From an uncultured delta proteobacterium (GTDB taxonomy: Bacteria; Desulfobacterota; Syntrophobacteria; Syntrophobacterales; Syntrophobacteraceae), in the NCBI GenBank assembly GCA_963826655.1, contig CAWGZP010000186.1, positions 1,078-65,077 of the forward strand: DNA of 64,000 bases, given 5' to 3'. The position numbers were made by a program, and so were the translations under genes. Below the pieces are notes generated by a model. The model saw nothing but the letters and a program-made list of their open reading frames with translations, made no database searches and was not told the DNA's origin. Positions 7,688 through 18,054 of the stretch are shown one piece after another; the first letter of the stretch is position 1, and each line of letters opens with the position of its first letter.

Positions 7688-9886
7688 TTAATCCCGGCCG
7701 TAGAATTTTTCTTCATGCCTTGCCATATGCAGCAGGATGGGCGCCGGCTCAAACCTCGGGCCGTAAGTTGAGGACAGTTTTTCCATTTCCGAGACTATTG
7801 GTCCTATCCCCTCCGAATCTAAGTGGCGGAATGGTCCTCCCAGAAAGGGTGGAAAGCCGAGCCCGAAAACCGCTCCAATATCGCCGTCCTCGGGAGAGGA
7901 AATAGTGCCCTCCTGGAGGCACAGGGCGGCCTCGTTTAACATGAGATAGACAAGTCTTTTTTGTATTTGCGAAAAACTAATATCTTCTTTGTGCGGTAAG
8001 TTGATGCCTCGCCTACCCCCTTCGTGAAAAAGATCATAGATGCGTGAATTAACCGGCCTGGAAGTCTCGAAGCCCCCAAGGCGAAGCCTGTCGGTCAACC
8101 GAGGTTTGTAATCGTAGAATCCGGCGCCCTTTTTCTTCCCCGCGTAGCCTGCTTTGAGCATCGCTTCGAGGGCAGGGGGAGCACCGAGGTCCCTGGGGGC
8201 AAAAAAATCCCGGAGTTCCAGCTCAACATGCGCGGCAACGTCTATTCCCACTTCATCCAAAAGCCTCAAGGGACCTACCGGGAAGCCGAACCCAACGATC
8301 GCCGCATCGACCTGCTCGACGGCAACCCCTTCCGCGATCAGTTTTACCCCCTCGATTACAAAGGGCATCAATATGCGGGTCGTATAGAAACCAGGCCCGT
8401 CTTTAACAACGATAACGGTCTTACCCTGCTTGCGCCCGACCGAAACGGCGGTGGCGAGGACCCAGTCCGCACATTGCTGTGTGACGACCACTTCGAGCAG
8501 CGGCATCTTCTGCACGGGAGAAAAATAGTGCATTCCGATCACATTTTCCGGGCGCACGGAGGCCTGTGCAATGCGGCTTATGGGGATCGCAGACGTGTTG
8601 GAGGCAAATATCGACTCCACCGAAGTGAAAGACTCGACTTCTCTCAGGACTTGCTGCTTTGCAGCAAGGTCTTCAAAAACGGCCTCGATGACCAGATCGG
8701 CCCTGGCCAGATTCCGATAGTCAAGGGCGGGGACGACCAGGCTGAAGAGCTTATCCCGCTGGACCGGTCTTAGCCTGGAAGACCGCACTCGCCGGTCCAG
8801 CGATTCCCAGATCTTTTTGAGGCTCTTGGAAAGCTTTTGCTGCGACACGTCCTTTATGGCCACCCTGTACCCGTTTCGGGCCGAAACCGCCGCGATGCCG
8901 GTCCCCATAAACCCGCTGCCGATTACTCCCAGTAAATCGACTTGCCTGGGGACAGCCCCATAGCGTCTCTTTTTAAGCTCCGTGCGGGCAAAAAACAGGT
9001 GCCGAAGCGACAACGACTGGGGTGAGACGACCAGTGGTCCAAAGGCATCAGTTTCAGCCTTGAAGCCATCGGACATGGTGCCCGCGATGCCGGCTTCCAC
9101 GCAGTCGATTAAGCGGAAAGGGGCCTGATAGAGACCATGGCCCTGTTTTGCTACCTGCCGGCGAACCGCCTGGAAATAGATTCTGCGGGCTGGAGGAACT
9201 GTATTTAAAAGCCGGTCGAGTGAAAACATTGCGGGGTAGGCAACTTTGCGAGGAAATTTTTTGCGCAGAAACGGCACGCATCTTTTTACCGTATCCAACA
9301 GGTTCTCCGGGTAGACTACGATATCCACTATGCCCAGAGCCGCGGCCTCGCCGGCGCTGAGGGTCTTTCCCGTCAGCATGAGGGGGAGCGCTTTTCTGAT
9401 TCCCGCTGTTCGGGTCAGGCGCACAGTCCCTCCCGCCGCGGGCACGATCCCGAGCTTTACTTCAGGCAATCCCAGGACTGTCTTCTCGGAGTCTGTGGCA
9501 ATGCGAAAATGACAGGCAAGCGCAAGTTCAAGTCCACCACCCAGGCAAGCCCCATTTATAGCCGCGATGGAAGGATACTGGAGGTTCGAGATTCGGTCGA
9601 AAAGGGCATGGATGCGAGTGAGCATTTCCATTGCCTGCCCGGGTTCACTCACCTTGTCGAAGGTCTTGATATCGGCCCCCGCGATGAAGCTGTCTTTCTT
9701 GGCGCTGATAAAGACGAGGGCCTTTGCCAGATGGTCTGTTCCAACTTCGTCCAGCACGCTTTCAATTTCTGAGAGAACCGTTTCGGACAGCGTGTTGACC
9801 CGGTCGCCCGGATTATCGATAATGGCGAACACTACCCCGTCTTTATGTTTTTCGAGCCTCAAAAAATCCATATATCCTCCCCACAA
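7688..9886 (-). CDS. Bifunctional enoyl-CoA hydratase / 3-hydroxyacyl-CoA dehydrogenase (FadB/FadJ type)
   Basis: 732 aa. The N-terminal crotonase fold has 'INGACLGGGLELALACH'. The central NAD-binding region has 'VIGSGFMGTGIA'. A 3HCDH C-terminal domain follows. The real start is possibly MDFLRLEK at 9871. Confidence 0.85.
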   Translation of the reverse strand: MWGGYMDFLRLEKHKDGVVFAIIDNPGDRVNTLSETVLSEIESVLDEVGTDHLAKALVFISAKKDSFIAGADIKTFDKVSEPGQAMEMLTRIHALFDRISNLQYPSIAAINGACLGGGLELALACHFRIATDSEKTVLGLPEVKLGIVPAAGGTVRLTRTAGIRKALPLMLTGKTLSAGEAAALGIVDIVVYPENLLDTVKRCVPFLRKKFPRKVAYPAMFSLDRLLNTVPPARRIYFQAVRRQVAKQGHGLYQAPFRLIDCVEAGIAGTMSDGFKAETDAFGPLVVSPQSLSLRHLFFARTELKKRRYGAVPRQVDLLGVIGSGFMGTGIAAVSARNGYRVAIKDVSQQKLSKSLKKIWESLDRRVRSSRLRPVQRDKLFSLVVPALDYRNLARADLVIEAVFEDLAAKQQVLREVESFTSVESIFASNTSAIPISRIAQASVRPENVIGMHYFSPVQKMPLLEVVVTQQCADWVLATAVSVGRKQGKTVIVVKDGPGFYTTRILMPFVIEGVKLIAEGVAVEQVDAAIVGFGFPVGPLRLLDEVGIDVAAHVELELRDFFAPRDLGAPPALEAMLKAGYAGKKKGAGFYDYKPRLTDRLRLGGFETSRPVNSRIYDLFHEGGRRGINLPHKEDISFSQIQKRLVYLMLNEAALCLQEGTISSPEDGDIGAVFGLGFPPFLGGPFRHLDSEGIGPIVSEMEKLSSTYGPRFEPAPILLHMARHEEKFYGRD

Positions 9887-9965
9887 TGCTTTTCCGGCTG
9901 CATACCATTGCGTCCGGCGTCGTTACGGAACAGCCCCGCCAGGTATCCTGTCATCCGATTCCAGG

Positions 9966-11264
9966 TCAACCCAGGCGCTCGATCAGCATCGCGTGACCGA
10001 GCCCGCCAGCCGCGCAGCTAGCGATAAGGCCGAGGCCGGCGTTTTCGCGCTCCAGCCTGTCGCAGCAGCTTATTAGGAGCCGGATACCCGTTGCACCGAA
10101 AGGGTGGCCTATGGAAAGAGAACCTCCCCGGGTGTTGAACCGGTCCATCTTTATTTCACCGGCCTTGGCGGGAAGGCCGAGTTTTTCCCGGGCAAACGCA
10201 TCGCTGTCAAGCGCGTTCAGGTTTGCAAGGACTTGACCGGCAAAAGCTTCGTGGAATTCGAAAACACCTACCGAAGAAAGCGGGATACCGGTTTTTTTGA
10301 GCAGCTTCGGGACAGCATAAGCAGGGCCCAGGAGAAGCTCGTCGTCCGGATTGCACCCGTGGAAAGAAAAGCCGGCGATCCGCGCCGTCGCCTTGTAGCC
10401 AAGACTTGTCGCCTTCCGGTAGGACATAAGGAGAACCGCAGCGGCGCCGTCGCTTAGAAAAGATGAGTTCCCGGCGGTCGCCGTCCCGAAAGGGAAATAA
10501 AAGGCCGGCGGTAGTTTCGCCAGTTTTTCCAAAGTAGTATCACCCCTGATTCCATTGTCTTTTTCGATGGTCTTGAATGTGGGCGGGACCATCGCAGGCA
10601 GGATTTCATTTGAAAGGAGGCCGTTGCGCGCCGCCTCCGAAGCGAGCTGATGAGACCTTAGCGCGTACCGGTCCTGATCCTCGCGGCTCACACCCCAGCG
10701 GGCTGTGAGCCTGTCGCTGCTCTGGCCCATGGTCAAACCGTTCGAAAATTCCGCAATCTTTGGAATCTCGGGCAAAAGATAGCCGGGGCGCAGACCTGCG
10801 GCCCAACGGATCCAGTCGAAAGGAGTTTTGAGGCGGAGCATCTCAACCAGTTTGCGTCTCATTGCACGTTTGAACAGAATCGGAATATTGCTGAGGCTCT
10901 CCGTACCGCCGGCTATGACCGTATCGGCCTGACCGCAGGCGATGAGTCCGGCGGCCTGCGAAATGGCTTGTGATCCGGATATGCAAGCCATTGAAACCGT
11001 GTGGGCCGGTATCGTGAGAGGCAGGTTCGCTCCGATAAGGGCCTCTCGGGCAATGTTGCTCGTTTGAGGTTCGTTTAGCACGCACCCGAAAAGAACATGC
11101 TCGATTTCTGAGGGAGCCAGGTCCGCCTTATCGATAACCCCTTTGAGGGCCATTCGCGCAAGATCGTAGGTCATGATATCTTTAAAATCAGTTCCCGAGC
11201 GCAGGAACGGTGTCCGGCAACTCGCCACTATAACGGGTGAAGAATCATTTAGTCGCATCAGCAT
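9966..11264 (-). CDS. Acetyl-CoA C-acyltransferase (thiolase, FadA/FadI type)
   Basis: Thiolase motifs 'VSMACISGSQAI' (active Cys) and C-terminal 'ASCAAGGLGHAMLIE'. Start chosen at MLMRLNDSSPVIV (11264). It lies directly downstream of the FadB/J-type gene. Confidence 0.85.
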   Translation of the reverse strand: MLMRLNDSSPVIVASCRTPFLRSGTDFKDIMTYDLARMALKGVIDKADLAPSEIEHVLFGCVLNEPQTSNIAREALIGANLPLTIPAHTVSMACISGSQAISQAAGLIACGQADTVIAGGTESLSNIPILFKRAMRRKLVEMLRLKTPFDWIRWAAGLRPGYLLPEIPKIAEFSNGLTMGQSSDRLTARWGVSREDQDRYALRSHQLASEAARNGLLSNEILPAMVPPTFKTIEKDNGIRGDTTLEKLAKLPPAFYFPFGTATAGNSSFLSDGAAAVLLMSYRKATSLGYKATARIAGFSFHGCNPDDELLLGPAYAVPKLLKKTGIPLSSVGVFEFHEAFAGQVLANLNALDSDAFAREKLGLPAKAGEIKMDRFNTRGGSLSIGHPFGATGIRLLISCCDRLERENAGLGLIASCAAGGLGHAMLIERLG

Positions 11265-11777
11265 TGAATTATTCCCTGGTTTGAGGGGAGAACCGCAATA
11301 AGGTGGAGTCTCACCTCCTCGACATTTCCACAAATATAGGGCAAAGATTTGATGAACAAGGCGCACCACCACGGCCTAAACACTAAAATAAGTAACAACT
11401 TTCGTTCATCAACATGGAGCAGACGTTCATCGATGAGGAAAAGACCCGGGAGAGCAACTTCAGGCGTTGGACCGGCTCATTTCCGATTGATCGAATTTCC
11501 TGTTTTTCCCGCCGTGGGGACTTTCTTATCGCCAAATTTCAGAAAACCTGGGCTATTGACAGGAATTTTGTTGCATTTTTTGTCGCATATTATAAGAATT
11601 CAATTTCCTGCCAGGCTGGACCAACCTGGAGCAAGAAACATTTTCCAATCGGAGGCAAACCGGACTGAGCCGCTGAATTTGGCGTTATCTGGGTACTATA
11701 GCGGGTTGTGCCCTCGATAGAAGCCCTGCAGGGATAAGTACCGCTCGTTTAACACCTCCAACCGTTCAGGAGAAAGC

Positions 11778-12056
11778 ATGGAAGTCAAACTGCTCAACAT
11801 AGGTTTCGGCAACACAGTTATCGCCAATCGCGTGGTAGCGATCGTATCGCCTGCGTCCGCGCCCATGAAAAGGCTGAAAGAAGATGCCAGGCAGGGAAAT
11901 AAATTAATAGACGCGACCATGGGTCGCCGCACCCGCTCCATTATAGTTACCGACAGCGACCATGTCATCCTGTCCGGCGTTCAGGCCGAAACCATCGCTC
12001 AACGGCTCCTTCTGGACGGTAACTCCAAAGAGGCCAACCTGATTAAGCAACTCTAG
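11778..12056 (+). CDS. remA: RemA/DUF370 family regulatory protein
   Basis: '[29 protein letters not shown]...[26 protein letters not shown]' is the conserved RemA/YlzA core. The position upstream of gmk is typical. Confidence 0.8.
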   Translation: MEVKLLNIGFGNTVIANRVVAIVSPASAPMKRLKEDARQGNKLIDATMGRRTRSIIVTDSDHVILSGVQAETIAQRLLLDGNSKEANLIKQL

Positions 12057-12066
12057 AGGCTATCCC

Positions 12067-12702
12067 ATGCTCCTTCCAGCAACTACAGGGCAGGTTTTTA
12101 TCGTATCGGCCCCTTCGGGAGTCGGGAAATCGACTATCATCCGAAAAGCATCTACGGATTGCCCAAAGCTGAAGTTTTCCGTTTCCTGCACAACTCGGCC
12201 GAAGCGTCCCGACGAAGTCGACGGAAAGGACTATCACTTCCTGTCGAGGGAGGAATTCCTGAGCGGAGTCAATTCGGGGCGTTTTCTCGAATGGGCTGAA
12301 GTCCATGGTGAGTTTTACGGAACAGACCAGCACCCTGTCGAACAGTGGCTAAAGGCCGGAAACGACGTGCTTCTCGATATTGACGTTCAAGGGACGCGTC
12401 TTGTCCGGTGCGCTTATCCGGCGGCGGTGACGATTTTTATACTCCCGCCTTCGATGCATGAACTCGAAGAGCGCCTCCTCAGCAGGGGAACCGAAACGGC
12501 AGAGCAGCTCTCAATCCGTGTTGCGGCCGCCCGGCAAGAGTTTCTGGAAGCGCCCTGGTATGACTACATCATCATCAATGACAACTTGCAGGAGGCGGTC
12601 TGTGACCTGAAGGCGGTCCTGCACGCGGGCAGATCCAGCCGGGTGGCCCAGGCAGCCAGGCTAAAGGCCTTTTTGATGCCGCTTACCTATCCGGATTCCT
12701 GA
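12067..12702 (+). CDS. gmk: Guanylate kinase
   Basis: P-loop 'SAPSGVGKST', 'TTRPKRPDEVDGKDYHFLS' and 'EWAEVHGEFYGT'. Confidence 0.9.
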   Translation: MLLPATTGQVFIVSAPSGVGKSTIIRKASTDCPKLKFSVSCTTRPKRPDEVDGKDYHFLSREEFLSGVNSGRFLEWAEVHGEFYGTDQHPVEQWLKAGNDVLLDIDVQGTRLVRCAYPAAVTIFILPPSMHELEERLLSRGTETAEQLSIRVAAARQEFLEAPWYDYIIINDNLQEAVCDLKAVLHAGRSSRVAQAARLKAFLMPLTYPDS

Positions 12703-12710
12703 CCTTCTTC

Positions 12711-13484
12711 ATGAAAAAAACCGAATCATCCGAACGAAAAATCTGGATTGCAGGAGTAAATCCCGTAAGGGAAGCTTTGCGCACCGGGAAAATTAATGCA
12801 GGTGAGCTTGTGCTCTCTCGAAGCGATTCGAGGGGGCAGGAACTGGAGGAGCTTGCCGAAAGCAAAGGGATACCCGTCACCAGGAGCGTGCGCGAACGCA
12901 TAGTGGAACTGACGGGCCACACACACCACCAGGGAGTGGCCCTGAGTGTGGCGGAGTTCCCTTATGCCGAACTTGAGACCCTGCTCGAAAAACCTCTTGG
13001 CGACCGGGACCCGCTTCTCATCCTGGACGGCATACAGGACCCCCAGAACCTTGGAGCAATCCTCAGAAGCGCGTGCTTTCTGGGTGCAAAAGGGGTGATG
13101 ATCCCCAAAGATCGTTCGGCGACTGTAACGGCCGCGGTACTAAAAATCGCAGTTGGGGCTGCCGGGTATGTTCCAGTCGCAAGGGTTACCAATTTAGCCA
13201 GGGAACTCAAGCGGCTCAAATCGGCAGGCTACTGGGTGGCGGGCCTCGAAGCCAGGGGAAGCACAAACTTATACGAGGCTGATTTCACAGTCCCTCTGTG
13301 CCTGGTGATCGGGAACGAGCAAAAGGGAATCCGGCCGCTGATAAGAAGAGAGTGTGATATGCTGGCCGGGATTCCTGCCGCAGGTCCCCTGGACTCACTG
13401 AACGCCGCCTCCGCCGCAACGGTTGCCCTTTATGAAGTCTTGCGACAAAGGCTTATACGGGGAGACACAGGTGGATGCCGATGA
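12711..13484 (+). CDS. rlmB: 23S rRNA (guanosine-2'-O)-methyltransferase, RlmB/TrmH family
   Basis: SpoU_sub_bind-like N-terminus followed by SpoU motifs 'LDGIQDPQNLGAILRSA', 'LVIGNEQKGI' and 'IPAAGPLDSLNAASAATVALYE'. Confidence 0.8.
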   Translation: MKKTESSERKIWIAGVNPVREALRTGKINAGELVLSRSDSRGQELEELAESKGIPVTRSVRERIVELTGHTHHQGVALSVAEFPYAELETLLEKPLGDRDPLLILDGIQDPQNLGAILRSACFLGAKGVMIPKDRSATVTAAVLKIAVGAAGYVPVARVTNLARELKRLKSAGYWVAGLEARGSTNLYEADFTVPLCLVIGNEQKGIRPLIRRECDMLAGIPAAGPLDSLNAASAATVALYEVLRQRLIRGDTGGCR

Positions 13485-13599
13485 CTACTTTTCAGTTTAC
13501 GATCCGTTTTCGGGTTGCCTGACAAAAAGCTCGGTCGCCCGCGTCTTTTGCGGCTCCGCTGCAGCGACGCGTCAACCACTGAGTGGAACGGGTACCTGT

Positions 13600-14310
13600 T
13601 TATTTATTCCGGTTATCCCGGCCTCCGAAGATGGCCGTGCCGATTCGTACAAGTGTTGCGCCCTCTTCAATCGCTACTTCGAAGTCACCGCTCATGCCCA
13701 TTGAGAGTTCAACCAGCCGTTCCGGCCAGGGGGACTCACGCCTTAGTTCCTCCAGGAGTTTGCGCATTTGCCTGAAGTAGGGCCTTGCCCGCTCCGGTTG
13801 GTCGAAAAAAGGCGGGAGGGCCATCAAGCCTCGCACATCCAGCGATTCGAAACCGGAAACAAGTTTGAAGAAAGAACCCACCTCGCCGGGGCGCACTCCG
13901 CTCTTGGTGTCTTCGCTGCCGATATTTACCTGGATGAGTACTGGAAGTCTTTTGCCTGCGTCCTTAGCCCTGCGGTTGATTTCGATTGCGATGGCTTCCC
14001 GGTCGAGCGTCTCGATCCAGTCACAGCATTCGACGGCCACCTTTGCCTTATTTGTCTGTAAGTGTCCGATACAGTGCCAGGAAACGGGAAGTCCCGCGAG
14101 GGCCTCTCTCTTTGCAGTTGCCTCCTGGATGTAGTTTTCGCCAAGGATCTCGATACCGGCTTCTATGCCTTCCCGGATTCTCTCGACAGAGACCGTCTTG
14201 GTAACACCCACCACCTGCACTTCATGGGTCCCACGACCGGCGCGAACGCACGCGGCCTGGATTCGCTCACGGACAGCGGCCAGATTACCGGCAACCGAAC
14301 CTGTATCCAT
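13600..14310 (-). CDS. yggS: YggS-family pyridoxal-phosphate homeostasis protein
   Basis: 236 aa with 'VVGVTKTVSVERI' (PLP lysine), 'WHCIGHLQTNK' and 'LSMGMSGDFEVAIEEGATLVRIGTAIFG'. Confidence 0.85.
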   Translation of the reverse strand: MDTGSVAGNLAAVRERIQAACVRAGRGTHEVQVVGVTKTVSVERIREGIEAGIEILGENYIQEATAKREALAGLPVSWHCIGHLQTNKAKVAVECCDWIETLDREAIAIEINRRAKDAGKRLPVLIQVNIGSEDTKSGVRPGEVGSFFKLVSGFESLDVRGLMALPPFFDQPERARPYFRQMRKLLEELRRESPWPERLVELSMGMSGDFEVAIEEGATLVRIGTAIFGGRDNRNK

Positions 14311-14405
14311 CTCAAAGTTTCTCCACCCTATAAAGAAGCGCGGGAGGTAAAGGACGAAGGGTAAAATCAGTTATTTGAACTCTACAAATAATCTTTCGTC
14401 GTCCG

Positions 14406-14606
14406 TCATCCCCCTCCGACCAGCCTGATAATCTCAAATGAGTCTCCGGGTTCGACCGCCTCAGCCTCGATCCGGCTTCGCGGAACAATTCCGAGGTTGC
14501 GCTCGACCGCAACTTTTTTCGGGTCGATGCCAAGGTAACGGAGGAGTTCGTGCAAGGAGGGCAGCCCTGAATATTCCCTGATCTCACCATTAATTGTTAT
14601 CTGCAT
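14406..14606 (-). CDS. thiS: Sulfur carrier protein ThiS
   Basis: 66 aa ending in ...IIRLVGGG (C-terminal GG). It overlaps the thiH stop by 10 nt. Confidence 0.85.
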   Translation of the reverse strand: MQITINGEIREYSGLPSLHELLRYLGIDPKKVAVERNLGIVPRSRIEAEAVEPGDSFEIIRLVGGG

Positions 14607-15718
14607 TTGAGTCCCTCATCCCAATCCTTCCAGACCGGCTCATAGCCCATCTGCCGAATGACCCGGGCCACTGTTTCCGGGTTTCGGTCGTCGGATATTT
14701 TGAACTGAGCTTCGGCTTCATTCCCCTGCGGGTGAGTGTAGCCGCCGGGGTCTGTCTTCGATCCGGCGCTCATCGAGGTTATACCCAGTGGTATGAGGTG
14801 GTCTCGAAATTCTGCAGACTCCCTCGTGGAGAGGGTAAAACCAGTGTCGGGCAGAAAGAGCCTCAGTGCAGTCAGCAGTTGCACAAGGTTGACATCCGAT
14901 ACCGGAAGCAAAGGCTGAAATGCTCCGGCCGCAGGCCGCAGTCGCGGAAACGATATGAGCACCTGTGATTTCCAGTATTTTTTCATGAGGTACATCGTAT
15001 GAAAGCCCATGTAGAAACCTTCCACACGCCAGTTCGCAAGGCCCAGCAAAGCACCGAGCCCGATTCGCCTGAACCCGGCCTCACCACCCCTGTCCGGTGT
15101 TTCAAGCCTCCAGCGGTAGTTTCGCTTTTTCCCGCCCAGGTGATACCGGCTGTATAGCTCTTCGTTGTAGGTTTCCTGAAAAACAGTCAAACCATCCACC
15201 CCGTGGCCGATCAGGGTACGATATTGCCCAACGCTCATGGGGTATATTTCTACGCAAATCGATGGGAAAAGATCTCTTAGCAGATCACAGACCCTGGCAA
15301 AGTAATCGACGGAGGCTACTTTGGGCGCCTCGCCACACACAAGCAGTATGTTTCTGAAGCCAAGCCGGTGAATAAATCGCCCCTCCTCCATAACTTGCTC
15401 GGGCGTAAGCGCCAGGCGCTCAATCGGGTTTGTCGCGTTGAAACCGCAGTATGCGCACCTGTTGGAGCAAAAATTAGAGACATATAGCGGTGCAAAAAGA
15501 GACATTGTCTTTCCGAACCGCTGCCGGGTCAAAAGGTGTGCCCGCCTGGCCATTTCTTCGAGAAAGCTTTCGGCCGCCGGGGAGAGCAGGCTTATGAAGT
15601 GATCGAAATTCAACGCAGTTGCATTCAGCGCCGATTCCACATCCGCCGCCGTGCGGGTCTCGATTGCCCTTTCGATGTCAGTCCAATTCGTCCGCTTTAC
15701 TTCGTCGTAGAAGCTCAT
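14597..15718 (-). CDS. thiH: 2-iminoacetate synthase ThiH (radical SAM)
   Basis: Radical-SAM 'CSNRCAYCGF'. Size and position between thiG and thiS fit ThiH. Start chosen at MSFYDEVK (15718), which has GAGG upstream. Confidence 0.8.
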   Translation of the reverse strand: MSFYDEVKRTNWTDIERAIETRTAADVESALNATALNFDHFISLLSPAAESFLEEMARRAHLLTRQRFGKTMSLFAPLYVSNFCSNRCAYCGFNATNPIERLALTPEQVMEEGRFIHRLGFRNILLVCGEAPKVASVDYFARVCDLLRDLFPSICVEIYPMSVGQYRTLIGHGVDGLTVFQETYNEELYSRYHLGGKKRNYRWRLETPDRGGEAGFRRIGLGALLGLANWRVEGFYMGFHTMYLMKKYWKSQVLISFPRLRPAAGAFQPLLPVSDVNLVQLLTALRLFLPDTGFTLSTRESAEFRDHLIPLGITSMSAGSKTDPGGYTHPQGNEAEAQFKISDDRNPETVARVIRQMGYEPVWKDWDEGLKCR

Positions 15719-15805
15719 TTCTATACCTCGATGCAATTCATCGGCATTTCGGCCTGGAACGGAAGGAAAAATCACCGCGCCCACGAGGTCTGGCGGCTTT
15801 GCTGC

Positions 15806-16576
15806 CTACCTCAGGAAGCCGGTAAGCGGGCTGGATGCCTCCGCCTCTTTCCCTGACCTTCCCAGTCCCGCCACGAAAGCCCCTCTGCCCGCCTCTACCC
15901 CCTTTTTGAAAGAGAGCGCCATTGCGACGGGGTCACCGGCGATGGCAATCGCTGTATTTATAAGTACCGCGTCGGCCCCCATCTCGAGTGCCTCCGCAGC
16001 ATGGGATGGAGCACCGAGGCCGGCATCCACAACCACCGGGATGTTTGCTCCCTCTATTATGATCTCGATTGCGTCCCTGGTGCGTATCCCGCGATTCGAT
16101 CCGATGGGGGAACCGAGCGGCATTACCGTAGCGACTCCGATATCCTCGAGGCGCTTGGCCAGAATTGGGTCGGCATGAATATAAGGCAAAACAATAAAAC
16201 CGTCTTTTACAAGTATCTCCGCCGCCTTGAGCGTCTCGATCGGATCGGGCAAAAGGTAGCGCGGATCGGGGGTAACCTCGAGCTTGATCCAGGGTTCGCA
16301 ACCGGCAGCGCGAGCAAGACGTGCGAGCCTTACTGCCTCGTTTGCGTCCCTGGCCCCCGAAGTGTTCGGCAAGAGCAGGTATTTGCTCGTGTCTATCGCG
16401 CTCACAATGCTGTCGTGCGGGTCTTCAATGTCCACACGCCTCAGCGCGACCGTAATGATTTCAGCCCCGGAAGCCTCAAGAGCTTCCCGCATGACCTCGG
16501 GAGAGGAGAATTTGCCGGTTCCCATGAGAAGCCGGGATCGAAAAGCGCGCCCGGCGATTACCAGTGGTTTGTCCAT
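15806..16576 (-). CDS. thiG: Thiazole synthase ThiG
   Basis: 256 aa with 'LLMGTGKF', 'TVALRRV', 'LLPNTSGA' and '[14 protein letters not shown]'. Confidence 0.9.
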   Translation of the reverse strand: MDKPLVIAGRAFRSRLLMGTGKFSSPEVMREALEASGAEIITVALRRVDIEDPHDSIVSAIDTSKYLLLPNTSGARDANEAVRLARLARAAGCEPWIKLEVTPDPRYLLPDPIETLKAAEILVKDGFIVLPYIHADPILAKRLEDIGVATVMPLGSPIGSNRGIRTRDAIEIIIEGANIPVVVDAGLGAPSHAAEALEMGADAVLINTAIAIAGDPVAMALSFKKGVEAGRGAFVAGLGRSGKEAEASSPLTGFLR

Positions 16577-16630
16577 TTTTATTTACCTTTATAACGCTAA
16601 ATCAAACTGACAATAAAAAATCACTTGAGC

Positions 16631-16671
16631 CAAAAAATCAAAAGACCGTCCCCAGCTTTTGGAAACGGTCT
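16631..16671 (-). terminator. Intrinsic terminator / attenuator forming the expression platform of the TPP riboswitch
   Basis: The minus strand reads agaccgtttccaaaagctggggacggtct followed by tttgatttttt. It lies between the aptamer and the thiG start. Confidence 0.6.
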
Positions 16672-16694
16672 GAAAAAACGAAGCGCTTTTTCAG

Positions 16695-16778
16695 CCATTT
16701 CCCTCCGCTGGAACTACCCAGATCAGGTATATAAGGGTTTCTTCTCAGCCTGTTTTTACAGGCACCCCTAACGGCTGT
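16695..16778 (-). promoter_or_regulatory. TPP (THI-box) riboswitch aptamer upstream of thiG-thiH-thiS
   Basis: The minus strand reads AGGGGTGCCTGTAAAAACAGGCTGAGAAGAAACCCTTATATACCTGATCTGGGTAGTTCCAGCGGAGGGAA. It contains the conserved GGGGUGC, CUGAGA, ACCUGAUCUGG and CCAGCGGAGGGA elements. Confidence 0.85.
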
Positions 16779-16951
16779 TTATGCTAATACTAGCTTCTGC
16801 CCACTTGATTGTCAAACGGTGTTTGGAACCGGCATATTCCTTACTCCATTAGGAAATAGAAGGGCGATTCCGTTCAGTCGGGCCAACCGGCCGTTAATGG
16901 AGATAGAGGCCGATTTTTCATAAACAGAAATGAGAGATCCATTGCCATGGG

Positions 16952-17869
16952 CTACTTCAGTCGGCTCACATGCCTGTGTGGGGGGTCTCCAAAAAGCCGC
17001 TTGTACTCCCTATTGAACTGCGTCGGGCTTTCATACCCGACCGCCAGTGCCGCCATTGTGGCATCTTCATCCTCCGCCAGCATCAACCGCTGGGCTTCAT
17101 ACAAGCGCAACCGCTTCTGAAACTGCAAAGGGCTGAGGGTCGTTACCTCTCTGAAGTGCCGGTGGAAGGTGGAAGTCGCCATATTCACCTTCCTGGCTAA
17201 TTCATCAACCTGCAGAGGCTCTTTGTAATTATCCCTCAACCATGTGATTGTCCTTGCAATCTGGTTGCTTTGAGTGCCAATGGTGTTGACCATTCGCAAG
17301 CGTTCGCCCTGGGGTCCAATGAGCAGACGGTAATGAATCTCACGGATAATCATCGGCGCCAGAACTGTTACCTGTTCCGGCTTTTCGTGAAGCTCGGCCA
17401 GGCGCAGGAATGCATCCAGCACGTCAGGATCAACCTCCGCGACTGAAATTCCCTTGTGGGAACCATTTCCAAGTCTGAGGGAGGGCGGAATCTCCGCCGC
17501 CAGCTGGGTAGTCAGGTATTTATCGAGGTTGAGCGATACTCCCAAAAACGGATGCTCCGGGGATGCGACAGTGACGTAATTGAGACTCGGAATGTCCACC
17601 CCGGCTACCAGGCAGTGGTTTTCCCCGTAGCGGTATTCCTCAGAGCCTATTATGGAGCGTTTGAATCCCTGGACAATCACCGCGACAAGCGGATTGTAAA
17701 AGCAATTTTCGGGTTGATTTGCCTCATCTCGCCGGAAGATCGTAAAACCTTCAACAGCGGTCGGGTAGCGTCCGCTTTGAGGCATCCATCGCAGCAATTT
17801 ATCTTTCAGTAGATTCTTGGTTCTCTCAAGGCTTGCACGGTCGCGTTCGGTCATGTCACAGTAATCCAT
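16952..17869 (-). CDS. AraC-family transcriptional regulator (AraC_N-type sensor plus HTH_18)
   Basis: C-terminal 'LARKVNMATSTFHRHFREVTTLSPLQFQKRLRLYEAQRLM ... GYESPTQFNREYKRLFG'. The start is uncertain (17869 or 17854). Confidence 0.8.
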   Translation of the reverse strand: MDYCDMTERDRASLERTKNLLKDKLLRWMPQSGRYPTAVEGFTIFRRDEANQPENCFYNPLVAVIVQGFKRSIIGSEEYRYGENHCLVAGVDIPSLNYVTVASPEHPFLGVSLNLDKYLTTQLAAEIPPSLRLGNGSHKGISVAEVDPDVLDAFLRLAELHEKPEQVTVLAPMIIREIHYRLLIGPQGERLRMVNTIGTQSNQIARTITWLRDNYKEPLQVDELARKVNMATSTFHRHFREVTTLSPLQFQKRLRLYEAQRLMLAEDEDATMAALAVGYESPTQFNREYKRLFGDPPHRHVSRLK

Positions 17870-18054
17870 TGTTTTTATGGATGTCCAAGCTGCCCAAGGT
17901 TTTCCGCACCAGCTCTTTGATATCACAATGCACTCTACTTGGATAGCCATGTGATTGAATTAGGCAAGAATTGAGCAGGATCGTATCTACTGTTCGGAGT
18001 TGGGCAGGGCTATACGTTGAGCTATTGAAAGTCCGAAATGGAGGAGCACAGGAA